DNA of 35,887 nt, from contig JBAZRU010000001.1 of NCBI GenBank assembly GCA_041662805.1, forward strand, positions 1 to 35,887, written 5' to 3'. The DNA is from Candidatus Hydrogenedentales bacterium. Lineage in GTDB: Bacteria; Hydrogenedentota; Hydrogenedentia; Hydrogenedentales; SLHB01. The notes under the pieces were generated by a model. That model had not been told where the DNA came from, ran no database searches, and saw nothing but the letters and a program-made list of their open reading frames with translations. Below are positions 16,922 to 26,202 of this stretch, one piece after another (within the stretch, counting starts at the first letter, position 1; each line of letters opens with the position of its first letter). A program made the translations under genes and the position numbers.

Positions 16922-19068
16922 CCCGCGCCTCCGGGGGCGAGGGTGAGCGTGCCGCTTTCGCGCTCGCCGATGTGCACCTCGCCGCGCACTTCTTTGCCGT
17001 CGGGCAGGGCAGCTATCGCCTCGTAGCGCCCGGCGAATCCGGTCAGCGAGACTATGCCCTTGGCGTCGGTCTTCCCTGCGGCTTCCTTCGCTTTCCACTC
17101 GCCGAGCAGCGCGCGCAATCGTTGCATGACGGGCTTTTCTTTGCCGTCGGCCGAGATCAATCCGCCGTTTAGTACAGAGGACTTCTTGTCGGAGAGGTCC
17201 CACCACGAAATGGATTTCACGCTCGGGCGTCCGAACGCCAGTGTGAAGATCGCCTCGGCGTAATCGGCTTGAACGGCCTCGTCCCACGGCTGCCGCCAAT
17301 ACCCGTTTGTGGAACCCTCGCCATAGCTCGAAGGCACGGAAAACTCGGTGATGTGAATGTCGCGGTTGAACGCTTCATAGCGCGCCACCATGTCGGCGAA
17401 TGCCGCTGGCGTCGTCGCGGGGCCCTGCAATCCGCCAAAGCTCTCGTTGAAATGGAATCCTGGGTAGAACTGCAAGCCGATGATATCGATGTTCTTCAAT
17501 TGGCCAGCACGTTCGGCCTCTGCAAGAAACGTCGAATAGGTTGACACCCAATGCTCGACTGGTTTGTTGTCGAGTCCATAGAGACCGAATGCCTTGCCGT
17601 AGCCGCTTTCGTGCGCGCTGTTCACCAACGTCGCCGTCTCTGGCTTCTGCTTCAGCCGCGCGGCGGACTTGGCGAAGAGATCGAGCATGGCGCTGCGCGT
17701 GAACTTGGCCTCATTTGTAAAGTTGGGTTCGTTTATTGCTTCCCAAATCGCGACCTGCTTGCCGAACACGCCGGCCAACTTCCCCTCGTGCTCGATGGCT
17801 GCAGCGATCAGGTTATCGGGAGGAAGGTCCGCGACGCGCTGGGGTAGAATTCCGTAGCCCTGCAACCAAACGACTCCGTGCGCCTTGACGGTGTAGTTCA
17901 TCTTGCGTAGCGCGGAGATACCGAAGGTTTGATCGATTCCCGACGCGCCCGCGGGTGTTCCGATTTCGTCGGTCCACCCCCAGCCCATCAACACGGTTGC
18001 GAGATTGAATCCCGCTTCGCGCGCCACGCGAAACGCGGATGCATTGTACGGGCTTCCCTCGAAGACGCCAAAGAGAAAGTCCTGCGACTTCGGAACGATA
18101 CGAACGTCGCAGTCCGCGACGGGCTTACCGGCCGCGTCCGTCACGGTGATTGCCACGGAGCCGCTGCGGACCTCGGGAATCGCTGCGCGTGCGGCTTCGA
18201 GTTGCATCTCGTCGCGATCGCGCAACAACGCGCACAACGCCTTGTCGGCGCCCATCGCGCGCGCCTTAGGATCGGCCTCGGCGCTTACCCGATCGCATTC
18301 ATCGCGAAACTGGGCAAGCTTGGCGTCTTTCAGAAGGCCGGATTTCACATAATCGTTCAGCGCCGTCTTCAGCAAATCGACATTGACGTCGATGACCTGC
18401 GCCTCGCCCGGCTTGCCCACGGAATATCCACTGCCCGAGTTATCTGCGCGGAGATGAAGCCGTCCGTAAGAGGAAGTCTGCCAGAAGAGGAAATTCGCGG
18501 CGACAGGCGTTCCCGGTTCGACGACGAGCGCAGGCAGGCCTAATTCGCGGGGCTGCCCTTTCTCGCGGGCGGCCTTGTCGTACACCGGCCAGCACACCGC
18601 CGGAACGGCGCGATCGTCGAGGTCGGTGGCGTACATGAACTGGTCGGCAAAAAGGCCGCGCTTGCGCAGATCTTCCCAGCGAAGCAGATTGCCGTTCTCA
18701 TCATAGGCCTTGATGACGATGCATGCCGCCGCGGGCAACTCGATGGCCACGGATTCCTCGCCGCGGTATTGGTACATGCGCGGCTGCGCCGAGTAGATAC
18801 CTATTCCTTCGGCGTTTTCCTGGGCGGGAGGCTGCACGAAGAGGTAACCCGATCCAACAGGCCTTTCGGGAGAGATAGAGAATTGACCAGAAGGATTCGT
18901 CGTAGCCTGTCCAGCCATGGAGTAGTCGTCGTTCATGAGACCGACGAACGCATACGGAATGAGGGCGCCGGATGACCCGGCAATCTTCACGGTTCCCGTG
19001 ACCGCGTGGGCCGCGAGCGCCACGGATACCCACGCAATGCAAGCGATTGTGGCGCGCCGCGAAATCAC
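16918..19068 (-). CDS. Secreted glycoside hydrolase, clan GH-A TIM barrel (GH10-like), with flanking carboxypeptidase-regulatory-like beta-sandwich domains
   Basis: The signal peptide is MISRRATIACIAWVSVALAAHA. Motifs in GH10-like order are KAHGVVWLQ, IWEAINEPN (candidate acid/base Glu), IIGLQFYPG and IHITEFSV (candidate nucleophile Glu). The GTG start overlaps the upstream TGA (GTGA). Confidence 0.6.
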   Translation of the reverse strand: MISRRATIACIAWVSVALAAHAVTGTVKIAGSSGALIPYAFVGLMNDDYSMAGQATTNPSGQFSISPERPVGSGYLFVQPPAQENAEGIGIYSAQPRMYQYRGEESVAIELPAAACIVIKAYDENGNLLRWEDLRKRGLFADQFMYATDLDDRAVPAVCWPVYDKAAREKGQPRELGLPALVVEPGTPVAANFLFWQTSSYGRLHLRADNSGSGYSVGKPGEAQVIDVNVDLLKTALNDYVKSGLLKDAKLAQFRDECDRVSAEADPKARAMGADKALCALLRDRDEMQLEAARAAIPEVRSGSVAITVTDAAGKPVADCDVRIVPKSQDFLFGVFEGSPYNASAFRVAREAGFNLATVLMGWGWTDEIGTPAGASGIDQTFGISALRKMNYTVKAHGVVWLQGYGILPQRVADLPPDNLIAAAIEHEGKLAGVFGKQVAIWEAINEPNFTNEAKFTRSAMLDLFAKSAARLKQKPETATLVNSAHESGYGKAFGLYGLDNKPVEHWVSTYSTFLAEAERAGQLKNIDIIGLQFYPGFHFNESFGGLQGPATTPAAFADMVARYEAFNRDIHITEFSVPSSYGEGSTNGYWRQPWDEAVQADYAEAIFTLAFGRPSVKSISWWDLSDKKSSVLNGGLISADGKEKPVMQRLRALLGEWKAKEAAGKTDAKGIVSLTGFAGRYEAIAALPDGKEVRGEVHIGERESGTLTLAPGGAG

Positions 19069-20600
19069 GAGTGTGCGATGGGCGCGGCCCCGTTGGGCGA
19101 AGCGCCGGCGGCGCCGTTCTTTTCAGGGCGTTTCAGCGTCGCGGCGTACAACGGCAGCACCGTGGCCAAGGCCATGACCATCCACCAGATCTTCTGGTGA
19201 AGGGCGTGGAGGAAGACGGCGCAGCACACAAACGCGAGAAGGCTCACAAAGACTGTCCCCGCAAGCACTGCCATACGGGTATCGCCTGCGTCCTTGAACA
19301 TGCGCTGGGCCCGATTCGCATTCCACAGTCCGAGGAACATCATGAGAATCATCAGCACCAAGCCAACGACACCCGCCTCGGACCCCACCTGCAAATACAT
19401 GTTGTGAGGTCCATAGTAAACGGGATTCCATCCCAACTCATGGTTCATCCATCGAAGCATCGCGGCGATACGCGAATTCTCCTCGTAGAACTTAAGGCCA
19501 AAACCGCCCAGACCGACGCCCGCGATGGGAAAGTCCTGCATGTACTCCCAGGCATACTCCTGCAATTCGATACGCGCTGTCGTCGACTCGCTGCCCGTGT
19601 ATTCCGAAAAGTCCAGAACGCGATCTTTGTACGCCCCAGGCAATAGCGTCCAGCCCAGGAGAAGCACGACCGCGAGGGCGACAAGCCGGTAAGGATTTAC
19701 TTTGACCAATTGCTTGATCACCAGCGCCACCGCCACGACAAGGCCGACGAGCAGGCCCAAACGGGTAAATGTCAAAACGAGCGCCGCGATTTCAAGTAGC
19801 GCGCACAAGACGATGAGCGTTTTCGACCGCAGCGACTTCACGGTGGAGAACCAGTACACATTGAGTGGCAGCATGAGCAATAGCGCGAAGGCCAACCAAT
19901 TGGAGTGCCCGGTAAGTCCGCTGACGCGCACCGCCGCTCCGGAGGACACGCCTTCCGGATCGACATAGGCCAATTCTCCGCCCCCTGCGACGCTTTGGAT
20001 GCCACTTACGCCTCCGGCCTGAAGGCTGGGCAAGAAATACTGAGCCACGGCAAACGCGCTCATCGCCGCTCCGCACACGAGCACCAGCACGACAAATCGG
20101 TGGATCCGTTTGCGGGTGTTGAGCAAATGCACCGCAAGAATGAAGTAACCAACGACGGTGAGCAGCCGCGTCCACTCCGGCCATTGGCCGCGCCAGGCAA
20201 GCGAGAGGATGATGCCAACCGCCGCCCATGCGGTAAACACCAACGCAAGGACTACGGGCCATCCCGTGTAGAATCGCTTCCCTGTGGACAACGAGTTCAG
20301 AAGCCACGCCGCGATAGTGGCAATACCCACCAGCTTCGCGCCCGTGACCGGAACGCCGCCCGCGAAGGCGCCAATGTTCGACCCCGTGCCGGAAAGCAAC
20401 AGTAGTGCGGTCGTGACGTACAACCCGACCATGGGGTTGCGCAACATCAGCACAAACACAACGACGCCAATCAGCGCGACGAGCGCCTTGACGCCCAAGG
20501 CCACTATCGCCAACGCAAGCACCAAGGCTATACCGGTGATTCCCAGTCCGGCCATCATGCTCGGCCGCCGTGCTCCTGCCGTATCTATCCAAGCGGTCAT
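19065..20600 (-). CDS. O-antigen ligase / Wzy-type polymerase family membrane protein
   Basis: Polytopic membrane protein with the Wzy_C-like loop motif GPHNMYLQVGSEAGVVGLVLMIL. Start chosen at ATG 20600 (GGAG 9 nt upstream) rather than the listed TTG at 20615. Confidence 0.75.
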   Translation of the reverse strand: MTAWIDTAGARRPSMMAGLGITGIALVLALAIVALGVKALVALIGVVVFVLMLRNPMVGLYVTTALLLLSGTGSNIGAFAGGVPVTGAKLVGIATIAAWLLNSLSTGKRFYTGWPVVLALVFTAWAAVGIILSLAWRGQWPEWTRLLTVVGYFILAVHLLNTRKRIHRFVVLVLVCGAAMSAFAVAQYFLPSLQAGGVSGIQSVAGGGELAYVDPEGVSSGAAVRVSGLTGHSNWLAFALLLMLPLNVYWFSTVKSLRSKTLIVLCALLEIAALVLTFTRLGLLVGLVVAVALVIKQLVKVNPYRLVALAVVLLLGWTLLPGAYKDRVLDFSEYTGSESTTARIELQEYAWEYMQDFPIAGVGLGGFGLKFYEENSRIAAMLRWMNHELGWNPVYYGPHNMYLQVGSEAGVVGLVLMILMMFLGLWNANRAQRMFKDAGDTRMAVLAGTVFVSLLAFVCCAVFLHALHQKIWWMVMALATVLPLYAATLKRPEKNGAAGASPNGAAPIAHS

Positions 20601-20640
20601 GGTGGATCGCTCCAAAATTCCCTGCGCCTAACCAGCCAAT

Positions 20641-20669
20641 ACTATAAACAACTTCCTCGGGACTGTCCA
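20641..20669 (-). promoter_or_regulatory. Candidate sigma70-type promoter inside the polysaccharide cluster
   Basis: On the minus strand: TGGACA (20669-20664), a 17-nt spacer, then TATAGT (20646-20641). It lies in the 58-bp gap between the flippase stop and the Wzy-like start. This is a motif match only. Confidence 0.35.
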
Positions 20670-20673
20670 GAAT

Positions 20674-21999
20674 TTACACCAATGGTTCAGGCCCCAGTCC
20701 CTCCGGGGGATCCGGGGCAATCAAACGGGCGTATTTCGACGCCACGATATAGGTGGCTACGCCAACCACGCCCTTCACGGCTGCAATGGCCCACGCCATT
20801 CCAAGCACCCCGAACCGGGGCACGACGATGACGCCAAGGATAAGCGTAGCAACAAGTTTCGCCAACTCAAGCAAGGCAATGGCTCGCGAATGCCCGAGGC
20901 CGTAGAGGGCCGCCCCCGCCGGGGCGCTGCCCATGGCAAACAGGGTGCCGATGAGCAGGATCGCGAAGAGCTTGGCGGTTTGGTCGTAGTCGGGTCCAAA
21001 TGTGAGGAGCACGATGGGTCCCGACAAGACGATGATAGGCAGCGCGGCGGCGGCCGCAAGTCCCATCGGGCGCACAAAGGCCCCCAGAAAATGCCGGGTC
21101 TCGACGCCGGTCTTGAGTCCGCTTGCCTTGGGCAGAAGGGTCATGAACAAGGTGCCGATGGCCAGGTCGCCCAGTAGCGTCAGTTGGAGCGCCGCGCCGT
21201 AATCGCCGATGGAGGTCTTCGGCGCGTGAAAGGCCGCCAGCAGGAAGATGTCCACGCGCTGCACGATGCTCGTGAAGCAGCAGGCTGCGAGCACCCACTT
21301 CGCGAAGTGAAGCATCTCCTTCCAAACCGTTGCGGAGCCGGGGTTTGCGGCGAAGATGAAACTCGGCAGACACACCCACGCGAGAATGGCCGACACGATG
21401 CCCGCAAGCACGTATGCGAGGAGGATCGTGGTTAGGCCGTTCCAGACGAAGGCCAGAACCGCGCCCACGAAAATGAGGCGCAAGAGTGCGTTTAAGAGTT
21501 CCAGGCCTGCAAACGTGCCGAAGCGTTGTTGGGCTTGGTAGACAGCCTGGGCATAGCCCCACAATACCGTGGCTGCCGCCCCCGCGAACGCGATCCACAC
21601 GGCCTGCGCGGATAGCGCACCCTCATGACCCGGTTCAAGCAGCAGGTCGCGCAGGGGAACGGCGAGCACTAAGCCCCCAACCAGCAATAACGCGACCAAC
21701 GCCAGTTTTGCGTGGAGTATGGTCCGGTAATAGGGGAGGGCGTCCTCGGGCCGATCGGCGTGCCGCATGGCAGCAAACCGGACGAGTGTCGTGTCGAGGG
21801 CGGGCCCCACGAGTTCTGCCGCCACCTTCATGATGGATAGCAGGATGACCAAATCGGCGTAGCGCGTCGGCCCCAGGACTCGCCCAAGCAGGAGCACGGT
21901 GGCCAGTACGAGCGCACTCGACAGGACGCGCGCGGTGAATACGCCGCCGAATACCTTGGCCCAGCCCGATGTGCGTTGCGTGGAGGTGGTGTCGGCCAC
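20674..21999 (-). CDS. Polysaccharide flippase (Wzx-like, MOP superfamily)
   Basis: 441-aa highly hydrophobic multi-TM protein with a GTG start, positioned between the priming transferase and the Wzy-like gene. Confidence 0.7.
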   Translation of the reverse strand: MADTTSTQRTSGWAKVFGGVFTARVLSSALVLATVLLLGRVLGPTRYADLVILLSIMKVAAELVGPALDTTLVRFAAMRHADRPEDALPYYRTILHAKLALVALLLVGGLVLAVPLRDLLLEPGHEGALSAQAVWIAFAGAAATVLWGYAQAVYQAQQRFGTFAGLELLNALLRLIFVGAVLAFVWNGLTTILLAYVLAGIVSAILAWVCLPSFIFAANPGSATVWKEMLHFAKWVLAACCFTSIVQRVDIFLLAAFHAPKTSIGDYGAALQLTLLGDLAIGTLFMTLLPKASGLKTGVETRHFLGAFVRPMGLAAAAALPIIVLSGPIVLLTFGPDYDQTAKLFAILLIGTLFAMGSAPAGAALYGLGHSRAIALLELAKLVATLILGVIVVPRFGVLGMAWAIAAVKGVVGVATYIVASKYARLIAPDPPEGLGPEPLV

Positions 22000-22014
22000 G
22001 GCGCGTCGTGCGGA

Positions 22015-23439
22015 CTACGCCGCGCCCTTGGCGAACACGACGACTTGAAACGTCCGGAAAAGGATGCGGAAGTCTTCCATGAGCGACCAATTGTCGATGT
22101 ACGCCAAATCGATTTCGACCCAGTCTTTGAAGACGAGGTCGCTACGGCCGCTGACTTGCTGAAGGCCTGTGATTCCGGGCCGCACGCTGAGCCGGCGGCG
22201 CTGGTCCCAGGTGTATTTTTCCACTTCGGCAGGCACGGGCGGCCGCGGGCCGACCAGGCTCATGTCGCCGATGAAGACGTTGACGATCTGCGGGATTTCG
22301 TCGATGCTGAATTTGCGAAGCCAGCGGCCTACACGCGTCATGCGGGGATCGCGCTTCATTTTGAAGACGGGCCCGTCGGCTTCGTTGTGGGCAGCAAGCT
22401 CGGCTTTTAACGCCTCTGCGTTGGGAACCATCGTGCGGAACTTGATCATGCCGAACCGGCGCCCATTCAGGCCCACCCGCTCTTGGATAAAGAACACGGG
22501 CCCAGGCGAATCGAGTTTGATTAGCATGGCCATGATCGGGAACAGCCACCACGCAACGGCCGCCAGAAAGAGAAACGACACCGCCATATCGATGACGCGC
22601 TTGAACATGAGTTGCGTAAACGCCTCGGGAATGGCCGACAGCGACAACACGGGGATGTCCTCAAGCTGGTGGACCCGGCTGGTCGCTACGCGCAAGGGGA
22701 AGAGATCCGCGATGAACCGCACAGGCACCCCGACGCCTTCGCACAGATGCGCCGCGCTTTGGATGGACTCGTAGTACTTCCGGACGGGTAGGCAAATGTA
22801 GACCTCGTCAATCACCCGCCCGAGCAGCACATGCTCCAATTCCGTGAGCGGTCCCAAGTACGCCACGCCGTATTCCTTCAGAAAATCCGCGCGCTCGGGA
22901 TCGTCGTCCAAAAGCCCCACGAACTGAAATCCATAGCGTCCATGGGTAATGGCGACATCGGCCAAGTGCTTGGCCCGGGGATTTCCCCCGATCACGAGCA
23001 CTTGGCGGAAGTTGTAGCCTCGGCGGCGAATGGTCCACAGAAAGAGGCGTAAGGTCAGCCGGAATGCGACAAGCAAGACGATTGCCGCGGAGCCAAAGTA
23101 CGCGAAAAAGGCGCGGTCTATTCCCTGGCGGCTCACGAAGAAGGTGAGTGTCGCCGTGACGCACAGCGCAATCACAAGCGCTTTGAAGATGCCGAAGAGC
23201 TGCGCGGCCAAGCTGTCGATGCGCTGCGACGCGAAGAGTTGCTGGTCGCCTGCCGCCAGGAACCACACGACTAGAAAGGAAAAGAAATAAAACCTATGCT
23301 CGAAGAAGTGATCGCGAAGTGATATCGCGCTCCCCTCCGGCATGGTGAAATGAGTGGCAAAAAGGCCCGCCGCAAGCACACAGCTTGCGTCGAATATGGC
23401 AAGGGCCGCGGTAAGCTGGGAAGCATTTCGTTTTAGCAT
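22015..23439 (-). CDS. Undecaprenyl-phosphate sugar phosphotransferase (bacterial sugar transferase, WbaP/EpsL-type priming enzyme)
   Basis: 474 aa with N-terminal TM segments. The C-terminal domain reads KRVIDMAVSFLFL...LIKLDSPGPVFFIQERVGLNGRRFGMIKFRTM...DEIPQIVNVFIGDMSLVGPRP, the classic sugar-transferase signature. Confidence 0.9.
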   Translation of the reverse strand: MLKRNASQLTAALAIFDASCVLAAGLFATHFTMPEGSAISLRDHFFEHRFYFFSFLVVWFLAAGDQQLFASQRIDSLAAQLFGIFKALVIALCVTATLTFFVSRQGIDRAFFAYFGSAAIVLLVAFRLTLRLFLWTIRRRGYNFRQVLVIGGNPRAKHLADVAITHGRYGFQFVGLLDDDPERADFLKEYGVAYLGPLTELEHVLLGRVIDEVYICLPVRKYYESIQSAAHLCEGVGVPVRFIADLFPLRVATSRVHQLEDIPVLSLSAIPEAFTQLMFKRVIDMAVSFLFLAAVAWWLFPIMAMLIKLDSPGPVFFIQERVGLNGRRFGMIKFRTMVPNAEALKAELAAHNEADGPVFKMKRDPRMTRVGRWLRKFSIDEIPQIVNVFIGDMSLVGPRPPVPAEVEKYTWDQRRRLSVRPGITGLQQVSGRSDLVFKDWVEIDLAYIDNWSLMEDFRILFRTFQVVVFAKGAA

Positions 23440-23616
23440 GGAGTCTTGTTACTGCTTACACGGTTGAATCACTACGGTGCGGCACACGTCAAGCGACAGC
23501 TTGGCGGGATTTCAAGGTACACCCTTTTTCCCCGAGCGGAGGCATACCCTACGCTTCCAACCCAGGTTGACAGCGGCTCCAGCCTAGTCCGAAGCATTTT
23601 CCCCTGTCAAGGCGAT

Positions 23617-23647
23617 GGGCGGCAATGCTGGTCTATCATTGCCGCCC
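23617..23647 (-). terminator. Stem-loop downstream of the GH78-like gene (possible terminator or 3' stabiliser)
   Basis: Perfect 11-bp inverted repeat gggcggcaatg / cattgccgccc with a 9-nt loop, about 100 nt after the stop at 23748. No clear U-tract follows on the minus strand. Confidence 0.3.
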
Positions 23648-23747
23648 ATCTTCATCTCAAACACTGCTTGGATGACCCACGTAACAGTAGGCGTGCTCCG
23701 ACGCGGTCATCAGTAGCGACTGCCTCGATGAAGCCGGCGTTCGTTGG

Positions 23748-26189
23748 TCACGGCACGCGCGTCGCGACGATTCCGCCGGCTTGCGCCTCCACGCTCACGG
23801 CATATCCAGCGGGGACATCAAGCCGATAGCGTACTTGACCATTCTCCTTCCACCAGCGCATCGCGATTACGCCGCCGGGCACCGGCATGCGCCCTTCGCA
23901 CCACTCCAGCGGCAGCTCGGCAATCCGCACCATCACCTGCTTGTTCACCGCGTCCACGTTGTACAGGCCCAATACATCGCGGTACAAGGTACGCACGATG
24001 TGCGAAGCGAAGCCATGGTTGCAGCTCGCCTCTTCCTTCACGTTCTCCCACAACGTTCCCGTGCGGTCGGCCATGTACAGCAAGTAATCGATGGACTCGG
24101 GCAGGATCTGGGCGCTTCGGCCATACCGCGACAGGATCTCGAAGCGCAGCATATTGCCGATGAACGAATTCGCGGCGCCGACTTCCGGGTACAGGCCTTT
24201 CTCTTTTCGATTCGGCCCAAACTGATCCGCGAGCTTCCCCCACAAGTCAGAATGACTCTCGGGTGTGGCCACGTCGAAGAAGAACGCGAAGTATTGGCAC
24301 ACCTCGGTTCGGTTACGCGTCACTTCGAGTTTGCCGTCTTTGCGCACGGCGTTGTCGACGAAGAATTCGCCGTCGAAGGATTGCTTGCGGATGGTGTCGC
24401 GCATGCGCGCCGCCTCGGCGCGCATTTCGGGCATGGAATAGAGCCTGCCGGTCACGTCCAACACGGACGCGTAGAGCATGTTCGACGGATAGTTCACGTC
24501 CTGAACGTATTTGTTCGCGTCGGACCATTCGACGAAGACCCAACTCTCCAACTTCTCGAGCAAGCCATCTTCGTTCTTGAACTTGTCGAAGTATTTCAAC
24601 AGCGCCATCACGCGCGGCTTGAGGGCATCGACCATCTCACGGTCATTGCTCCGCTCGTAATACTCCTCAAGCTGCATTACGAACCACATCGCCCAATTGG
24701 GAATGAACACACCGTCGTAATGGTCCGCGGGATAGCACATCGGCAACATGCCGTCAGGCAAGTTGTCGAACTTCTCGGGAAGCAGAAAGTTCTCGATGAA
24801 GTTGCGCTCGACACGCGTGTTTCCGCACAGGTCCTTGGCGGACCGTGCCGTGAAGTAGCTATCGCACAGCCACCCCGCCCGTTCCCGATGCGGACAATCC
24901 ATGAAGACATCGACGGAGTTCTGGACAAAGGTCTCGCGACCCGCTTCGAAAAGGCGGTTTAGCCGGTCGTCGGGCGATGCAAATTGCGCCTCCGCCGCGT
25001 CCGGATTCGTGTATTCGCGGAGGTATGGAGACTCGACCGTGCAGTCGCCGTCCAGTGCGACAATCTTGAGGTATCGCAGCGTGTACGGTTCGATCGACTC
25101 GACAGCATAGGTCCCCGGCTCAAGTTCGTAACTGACAATGTTTACGCAACCAAGACGCCGCCAGTCCACGTCGTCATTCGCCAGAATTTCGTCGAACAGG
25201 AAGAACACGCGGGCAGTTTTCTCGCACTTGACCGTTGCGCCGATGAACCCCGTGAGGTTCTTCCCGAAGTCCAGCACTCGATACCCATTCCGCGCCAAGG
25301 CCACGCCGGTGGGCGAATCGAAGAACGCCCCGTCGCCCGAACGCTTCGAATAACTCAGCCGCTGCAACTCGATAGAAGGCGTAACCGCCAACTCCGCCTC
25401 CGAGTATCCCTTCAGTTTCGGCCCAACATTAGTGAAAGAACGGTCCTTCCACGGATTCTCCGGTGCGGGCCCAATCTCAATCGCGCCTGCACCCAGATCC
25501 ATTACAGCCGGCCGTTTCGAGAATCGTGGGTACGAAATGCCGCGTGCGATCAACTTCCTTTCGCCAACCACGTCGCATGCGACCTCAGTCGATTTTGCAT
25601 TGGGGTCGCTTCGCCACGCGTCGTAACCGGGCTTTAGGCGATAGACCTCCGTGAACGGACGCTGAAAACTGTAGCGGCAGACCTTCTGCACGCGCTCGTC
25701 GATGATGTGCGCCGCGAAGGGCTTGGCCGCGTCGCCGGTTGCCGCCAGTACGGTGTCGCCGTCGTGCACTTCGGCCTGCACGAACGACGGCTGGTCCAGC
25801 ACGTAGTAGCTGTTTGAGTTGTAGCCCGCCACTTCGATGGCGACCACGTTCTTTCCCGCATGAACATACTTCGAAAGGTCCCACTCGTCCACGCGAAAGA
25901 ACCCTTGGGCCGCGCGCGCGGGGCCGTGCCCCACGAACTCGCCGTTCGCGTAGATGCGATAGATGGTTGCGCCGGTGACCCGCAGGCTCAAGGTGTCACC
26001 CTGCTTCGCGTCGACGACCGCCCGGAACCCCACGTTCACATTCATTTCGGTGTCGCGCCCCGCGGGCCAAACCGGTTTTGCCGCCGAGAAATCCGAAACA
26101 GACGCGTTTAACGTTGCCGCCAACAGTGCGGCGGCCAACAGCGAGACTCCCATGAAACCCCCTTTCGTTTCCTTACCGTGCAGTACCAT
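23748..26189 (-). CDS. Alpha-L-rhamnosidase-like six-hairpin glycosidase (GH78-like)
   Basis: 813 aa. The motif VFMDCPHRERAGWLCDSYF resembles the GH78 DCPxRE(R)xGWxGD motif, and the size and N-terminal beta-sandwich region are typical. An alternative start is ATG 26153 (GGGGG RBS, MGVSLLAAALLAATLNA). Confidence 0.7.
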   Translation of the reverse strand: MVLHGKETKGGFMGVSLLAAALLAATLNASVSDFSAAKPVWPAGRDTEMNVNVGFRAVVDAKQGDTLSLRVTGATIYRIYANGEFVGHGPARAAQGFFRVDEWDLSKYVHAGKNVVAIEVAGYNSNSYYVLDQPSFVQAEVHDGDTVLAATGDAAKPFAAHIIDERVQKVCRYSFQRPFTEVYRLKPGYDAWRSDPNAKSTEVACDVVGERKLIARGISYPRFSKRPAVMDLGAGAIEIGPAPENPWKDRSFTNVGPKLKGYSEAELAVTPSIELQRLSYSKRSGDGAFFDSPTGVALARNGYRVLDFGKNLTGFIGATVKCEKTARVFFLFDEILANDDVDWRRLGCVNIVSYELEPGTYAVESIEPYTLRYLKIVALDGDCTVESPYLREYTNPDAAEAQFASPDDRLNRLFEAGRETFVQNSVDVFMDCPHRERAGWLCDSYFTARSAKDLCGNTRVERNFIENFLLPEKFDNLPDGMLPMCYPADHYDGVFIPNWAMWFVMQLEEYYERSNDREMVDALKPRVMALLKYFDKFKNEDGLLEKLESWVFVEWSDANKYVQDVNYPSNMLYASVLDVTGRLYSMPEMRAEAARMRDTIRKQSFDGEFFVDNAVRKDGKLEVTRNRTEVCQYFAFFFDVATPESHSDLWGKLADQFGPNRKEKGLYPEVGAANSFIGNMLRFEILSRYGRSAQILPESIDYLLYMADRTGTLWENVKEEASCNHGFASHIVRTLYRDVLGLYNVDAVNKQVMVRIAELPLEWCEGRMPVPGGVIAMRWWKENGQVRYRLDVPAGYAVSVEAQAGGIVATRVP

Positions 26190-26202
26190 TCAATTCGAGA
26201 GA

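Noticed and set aside
16922-17299. N-terminal extensions of listed ORFs (15761-17299; also 28017-29165, 29006-30034, 29881-31170, 31069-31185 and 11195-11263)
   Set aside because: The extended parts are Arg/Pro-rich, overlap the upstream gene or a divergent promoter region, and precede internal starts that have an RBS and a proper signal peptide or a family-typical N-terminus. I trimmed them.
23440-23747. 308-bp gap upstream of the priming transferase, examined for a tRNA, riboswitch, JUMPStart/ops element or clear sigma70 promoter
   Set aside because: I saw no tRNA T-loop signature. The closest ops-like string (gcaccgtagtg, minus strand) does not match GGCGGTAG. TTGACG has no acceptable -10 at 16-18 nt. 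A promoter probably exists here, but I cannot locate it.
23781-24962. 393-aa plus-strand ORF, and similar long antisense or alternate-frame ORFs (1687-2619, 4270-5034, 6856-7560, 13120-14121, 16035-16889, 25963-26844, 29854-31005, 32005-32604, 33245-34075, 34125-35426, 35299-35853)
   Set aside because: Each lies opposite to or out of frame with a CDS carrying strong family signatures. The compositions are Arg/His/Gly/Pro-rich and there are no RBS or signal features. These are GC-rich shadow ORFs.
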